From a virus (Duplodnaviria; Heunggongvirae; Uroviricota; Caudoviricetes): a stretch of DNA of 7,674 nucleotides. Below, one piece after another: positions 3,806-7,674 of this stretch. The stretch's first letter is position 1; the number at the start of each line of letters is the position of its first letter. The position numbers were made by a program, and so were the translations under genes. The stretch is from the IMG/VR virus record IMGVR_UViG_2703719355_000017; one strand, 5' to 3'. The notes beneath the pieces are model-generated. The model saw only the letters and a list, made by a program, of their open reading frames with translations. It made no database searches and was not told the origin of the DNA.

Positions 3806-6256
3806 ATGAGCGCTGATAAAGAAGAAATTGCACTATATTACGAAGCCAAAAATGACAAAGTCAGAAAACGCCTTGGGATTAAAGGCGGTTTTTACTGGCG
3901 CACAGCAAAAAAATTATCGATTGCAATATCACGCGGTGTTGTCGCAATGGACGATGCCGGATTTGACGAAGAGGATTTTAAAAAACCTGTTCGCGTCCAT
4001 TTACCCGTTGTGAATGACCTTCCTCCGGAAGGCGTGTTTGATACCGAATTCTGCAACCGATACGAAAAAGGCGGGGAAGATGGTATCACAATGGTACTTA
4101 TCGCGCCCTCTGTTCAGGATAAACCAGCCAGCACTGACAATACCAACGTCAACGGTGAAGACATGACTGAGATTGAGGAGAATATGCTCCTGCCAGTTTC
4201 AGGTCAGATTCTGCCTGTTCGATGGCTGGCGCAACACAACAGCGAAAAACCGATCACGCACGTTTCGCAGGACGAACTGCGCGCATTACATAACGCACAG
4301 GATGAAAAACTTCCCGCCGTTACCGCGCTGGCCATCTCAAATAAAGCAGCGCAACTCGAACCACTGGAAATTCGCGATCTCCACAAACTGGTACGCGACA
4401 CTGACAAAGTTTTCCCTAATCCTGGTAATTCAGACCTGGGACTGATGACCGCTTTTTTCGAAGCATACCTGGGCGCTGACTACACCGATCGCGGTCTGCT
4501 TACAAAAGAGTGGATGAAAGGAAATCGTGTTTCACGCATCACCCGCACGGCTTCCGGTGCTAATGCCGGTGGAGGGAACAAAACCGATCGCAATCCGAAT
4601 TTAGTACACACCTTTGATACGCTGGATGTGGAGATTGCAGCGGCCACACTTCCGATGGATTTTAATATTTATGAAATTCCGGGCAGCGTTTATCGTCGCG
4701 CAAAAGAAGTCGTCCGGAAGAAAGAAAGTCCGTTCAAAGAATGGTCCGCAGCACTTCGCGCAATCCCGGGTATCCTGGATTATTCCCGCGCCGCTATTTT
4801 TGCACTTATCCGGAGCGCACACCCTGAGTTTTATCATTACCCGGGACGCCTTCAGGGGTATATCAACGCCTATTTAACGGAGACTGATCACGAGAACCCT
4901 ACCGAGGAAACTCTCGCTGCTGCACGACATACACCGGAAAAAGATATCCTGGAAGAAGTTAACCGCGAACTGGCTGCTGAACACGAAACAGAAGAAGAAA
5001 AAAATAATGAGGAAAAATCACAACCGTCTGACGCAATGGCAGATGAACAGGCAACGGCTGAAGAAATGGAGCCGGATACAACTGAACATCACCAGGACAC
5101 GCAATCGCTGGATACTCAGGAACAGGTAGATCCAGTTAAACAGGTAAAAGTTACCGCTGACGAAGTAAACAAAATTATGCAGGCAGCCAATATCAGCCAG
5201 CCTGACGCCGATAAGTTACTTGCTGTATCACGTGGTGAATTTGTTGAGGGGATTAGCGCCCCTAATGATCCGAAATGGGTCAAGGGGATCCAGACTCGCG
5301 ATTCTGTGAACCAGAACCAGCATGAATCGGAACGGAACTACCAAAAAGCGGAACAAAACAGCCCAAATGCGTTACAAAACGAGCCAGAAACGAAACAACC
5401 TGAACCAGTAGTGCAACAGGAACCGGAAAAGATCTGCACCGCCTGCGGTCAGAGCGGTGGCGGCAACTGCCCTGATTGTGGTGCGGTGATGGGTGACGCA
5501 ACATACCAGGAAATATTCGATGGAGAGAATCAGCCTGAAGTTCAGGAAAATGATCCGGAGGAAATGGAAGGCACTGCGCATCAGCACAAGGAGAACACTG
5601 GCGGCAATCAGCATCATGCCAGCGATAGTGAAACTGGCGAGGCGTCAGATCCCTTAATTAAGGCGAACGGTCATCATAATCTCACATCCACCAGCAGAGC
5701 GGGGATTCATCTGATGATCGACCTTGAAACCATGGGAAAAAATCCCGATGCCCCGATTATCTCAATAGGTGCAATATTTTTCGATCCGCAAACCGGAGAT
5801 ATGGGACCGGAATTTAGTAAGACTATCGATCTGGAAACTGCTGGCGGAGTCATTGATCGGGACACCATTAAATGGTGGCTTAAACAATCACGCGAAGCGC
5901 AATCTGCCATTATGGCCGATGAAATCCCGTTAGATGATGCACTGTTACAATTGCGGGAATTTATCGACGAAAACTCCGGTGAATTTTTTGTTCATGTCTG
6001 GGGAAATGGAGCCAACTTCGACAACGTAATTTTACGCCGTTCATATGAACGACAGGGCATCCCCTGCCCGTGGCGCTACTGCAACGATCGCGATGTACGC
6101 ACAATTGTTGAACTGGGAAATTCCATTGGCTTTGATGTCAGAATGACTATTCCATTCGAAGGTGTACCTCACAATGCACTCGATGATGCACGTCACCAGG
6201 CAAAACAAGTTTCAGCTATCTGGCAAAAACTGATCCCGAGTCAGGCTGATTTTTAA
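3806..6256 (+). CDS. Large prophage exonuclease-like protein, 816 aa: N-terminal region of unknown function, acidic low-complexity linker, C4 zinc-ribbon motif, C-terminal DEDDh (DnaQ/RNase T-like) 3'-5' exonuclease domain
   Basis: SD GAGG (3795-3798) 7 nt before ATG 3806. DEDDh motifs read directly: Exo I MIDLETMG (D639, E641; nt 5720-5728), Exo II HVWGNGANFDN (D739; nt 6020-6022), Exo III HNALDD (H789, D794; nt 6170-6187). C-x2-C-x7-C-x2-C at residues 544-558 (nt 5435-5479). Acidic E/D/Q/T-rich region at about residues 360-630. Confidence 0.85.
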   Translation: MSADKEEIALYYEAKNDKVRKRLGIKGGFYWRTAKKLSIAISRGVVAMDDAGFDEEDFKKPVRVHLPVVNDLPPEGVFDTEFCNRYEKGGEDGITMVLIAPSVQDKPASTDNTNVNGEDMTEIEENMLLPVSGQILPVRWLAQHNSEKPITHVSQDELRALHNAQDEKLPAVTALAISNKAAQLEPLEIRDLHKLVRDTDKVFPNPGNSDLGLMTAFFEAYLGADYTDRGLLTKEWMKGNRVSRITRTASGANAGGGNKTDRNPNLVHTFDTLDVEIAAATLPMDFNIYEIPGSVYRRAKEVVRKKESPFKEWSAALRAIPGILDYSRAAIFALIRSAHPEFYHYPGRLQGYINAYLTETDHENPTEETLAAARHTPEKDILEEVNRELAAEHETEEEKNNEEKSQPSDAMADEQATAEEMEPDTTEHHQDTQSLDTQEQVDPVKQVKVTADEVNKIMQAANISQPDADKLLAVSRGEFVEGISAPNDPKWVKGIQTRDSVNQNQHESERNYQKAEQNSPNALQNEPETKQPEPVVQQEPEKICTACGQSGGGNCPDCGAVMGDATYQEIFDGENQPEVQENDPEEMEGTAHQHKENTGGNQHHASDSETGEASDPLIKANGHHNLTSTSRAGIHLMIDLETMGKNPDAPIISIGAIFFDPQTGDMGPEFSKTIDLETAGGVIDRDTIKWWLKQSREAQSAIMADEIPLDDALLQLREFIDENSGEFFVHVWGNGANFDNVILRRSYERQGIPCPWRYCNDRDVRTIVELGNSIGFDVRMTIPFEGVPHNALDDARHQAKQVSAIWQKLIPSQADF

Positions 6257-6267
6257 TGTTCAACCGT

Positions 6268-6299
6268 CGCCAGTTGTAGTTGGTATTCTGCAACTGGCG
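6268..6299 (+). other. Perfect 9-bp stem / 14-nt loop hairpin between the exonuclease and xis genes
   Basis: CGCCAGTTG (6268-6276) and CAACTGGCG (6291-6299) are exact reverse complements. No downstream T-run, so not a classical terminator. Lies just upstream of the xis SD GGAG (6305-6308). Confidence 0.4.
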
Positions 6300-6317
6300 C
6301 GTTCCGGAGTGATAACC

Positions 6318-6587
6318 ATGAGCGAACAGTACCTGATAACGCTCGATGAGTGGAAACCCAAACGGTTCAGTCTCCCAATAACAAACACTACCCTGGTGAA
6401 ATACGGAAAACTTGGATACATCGTACCAAGACCACAAAAAATTCGTGGACGTTGGCTGATAGATCGCCGGGCAGTATTTGTTGGACCTGGTGAAACGGGA
6501 ATTGCGCCGGAAATTCATACTGGCGATGATGATGCACTGAAGGAGATTTTAACTCATGTCACCGAGGCCACGAAAAAACAGCACTGA
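6318..6587 (+). CDS. xis: Excisionase (lambda Xis-like), 89 aa
   Basis: ATG 6318 with GGAG 8 nt upstream; the track start at 6309 is a GTG in the same frame. Segment YLITLDEWKPKRFSLPITNTTLVKYGKLGYIVPRPQKIRGRWLIDRRAVFV resembles lambda Xis as recalled. 3' end overlaps the int start by 32 nt, as in lambda. Confidence 0.75.
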   Translation: MSEQYLITLDEWKPKRFSLPITNTTLVKYGKLGYIVPRPQKIRGRWLIDRRAVFVGPGETGIAPEIHTGDDDALKEILTHVTEATKKQH

Positions 6588-7674
6588 CGTAGCCGGTCTT
6601 TACGAAAAGTTTGATCGCAGAACTGGCAGAGTTTACTACCAGTATAAAAACCCTGTGACTGGAAAATTTCACGGACTCGGAACAGACAAAGGCAAAGCTG
6701 AAAGAATCGCTTCCACAGCCAATCAGCGAATAGCTGCAGCAGAAGCCGAATATTTCATGCGCAAAATTGATGAAAGCCCGTCAGCAACAAAACGTCGGGG
6801 TATCAGATTAAAGGCATGGGTTGATCGATATCTGAAAATACAGGACGCGCGGCTGAAAAATGGAGATATTGCAGCTACAACCCACAAAGAAAAAGCGCGA
6901 ATGGCTGCATACCTGGTTTCCCGTCTGGGAAACCACCCATTGAAAGAACTGGAAGTAAGAGACTTTGCATTAATACTGGATGAGTGGCTGGATAAAGACA
7001 TGGTCAGCACAGCGAGAGTAAATCGTGGATTATGGGTTGATATTTATAAAGAAGCACAGCATGCAGGGGAAGTTCCTCCTGGATGGAATCCTCCGGAGGC
7101 TACCCGTAAACCGATCCCTAAAGTAACCAGAGCCAGGCTCACCATGGAAGACTGGCAAAAAATTTACAATGCAACGCCTGAAAAACACTTTATCCGTAAC
7201 GCAATGCTTCTTGCGATTGTTACTGGTCAGCGCCGTGATGACATTTGCCACATGCGTTTTTCAGATGTGTGGAACGAACACTTGCATATCACCCAGGGAA
7301 AAACCGGAATGCGTCTGGCGTTACCGCTTACACTACGCTGTGATGCCATTGGGATAACGTTAAAAGAAGTTATTGATGGGTGCCGAGACAGAATATTAAG
7401 TCCATATCTAATCCATAGTCGGCACCAGAAACAACCGAAGCCGATGAGTAAAGACAACCTGAGCGACTACTTTGCCAAAGCACGGGATCTGGCTGGGATA
7501 ATTCCACCAGCAGGAAAAACTCCGCCAACATTTCATGAACAACGCTCTCTATCAGAACGGCTGTACCGTGCACAGGGTATCGATACAAAAACATTACTAG
7601 GACATAAAGTCCAGGCAACCACCGATCGCTATAACGATACTCGAGGTCAGGAATGGGTTAAGTTGGTTATTTGA
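6556..7674 (+). CDS. int: Tyrosine site-specific integrase, lambda Int family, 372 aa
   Basis: ATG 6556 with SD AGGAG (6541-6545). Basic N-terminal arm-type domain (YYQYKNPVTGKFHGLGTDKGKAERIA). Catalytic-domain motifs VTGQRRDD, QGKTG, PPTFHEQRSLSERLY, LLGHK, and TTDRY with the presumed catalytic Tyr359 (nt 7630-7632). Strongly resembles lambda Int as recalled. Stop TGA at 7672-7674 is the window end. Confidence 0.93.
   Translation: MSPRPRKNSTDVAGLYEKFDRRTGRVYYQYKNPVTGKFHGLGTDKGKAERIASTANQRIAAAEAEYFMRKIDESPSATKRRGIRLKAWVDRYLKIQDARLKNGDIAATTHKEKARMAAYLVSRLGNHPLKELEVRDFALILDEWLDKDMVSTARVNRGLWVDIYKEAQHAGEVPPGWNPPEATRKPIPKVTRARLTMEDWQKIYNATPEKHFIRNAMLLAIVTGQRRDDICHMRFSDVWNEHLHITQGKTGMRLALPLTLRCDAIGITLKEVIDGCRDRILSPYLIHSRHQKQPKPMSKDNLSDYFAKARDLAGIIPPAGKTPPTFHEQRSLSERLYRAQGIDTKTLLGHKVQATTDRYNDTRGQEWVKLVI

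Noticed and set aside
3892-5910. Internal and antisense ORFs within the 816-aa gene (for example 3828-4013, 3892-4089, 4173-4445, 4204-4407, 4601-4837, 4614-4877, 5280-5504, 5372-5617, 5707-5910)
   Set aside because: All are embedded in or antisense to a long, well-supported ORF and have low-complexity or Cys/Arg-rich translations typical of off-frame reads.
6216-7618. ORFs overlapping xis and int (6216-6518, 6723-7010, 7030-7251, 7169-7357, 7227-7457, 7370-7618)
   Set aside because: Embedded in or antisense to the xis and int genes, which have clear family-level similarity to lambda Xis and Int.
1-7674. CRISPR arrays, tRNA/rRNA genes, IS elements or other transposase genes
   Set aside because: No spaced direct-repeat array, no tRNA-like structures and no transposase-like ORF were seen in any frame.

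Overview
This window reads as one arm of a lambdoid, Rac-like (cryptic?) prophage from an enterobacterium, running from the immunity switch to the integrase. On the minus strand are a Cro-like YdaS-family HTH gene and a YdaT-like gene; facing them on the plus strand is a repressor-like HTH gene followed by a small antitoxin and a ParE/RelE-fold toxin. From memory this matches the paaR2-paaA2-parE2 three-component toxin-antitoxin module of E. coli O157:H7 cryptic prophage CP-933P, but I cannot run a search to confirm it. Downstream lie a second promoter/operator copy, an opposite-strand zinc-ribbon gene, four small ORFs of unknown function, an 816-aa protein with a C-terminal DEDDh (DnaQ-like) exonuclease domain, then a lambda-type xis and int. 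The window begins on the ydaT-like stop codon and ends on the int stop codon, so attachment sites and replication genes are not visible. No tRNA, rRNA, CRISPR array or IS element was seen. The least explained parts are the accessory interval at about 1700-3800 and the architecture of the exonuclease.
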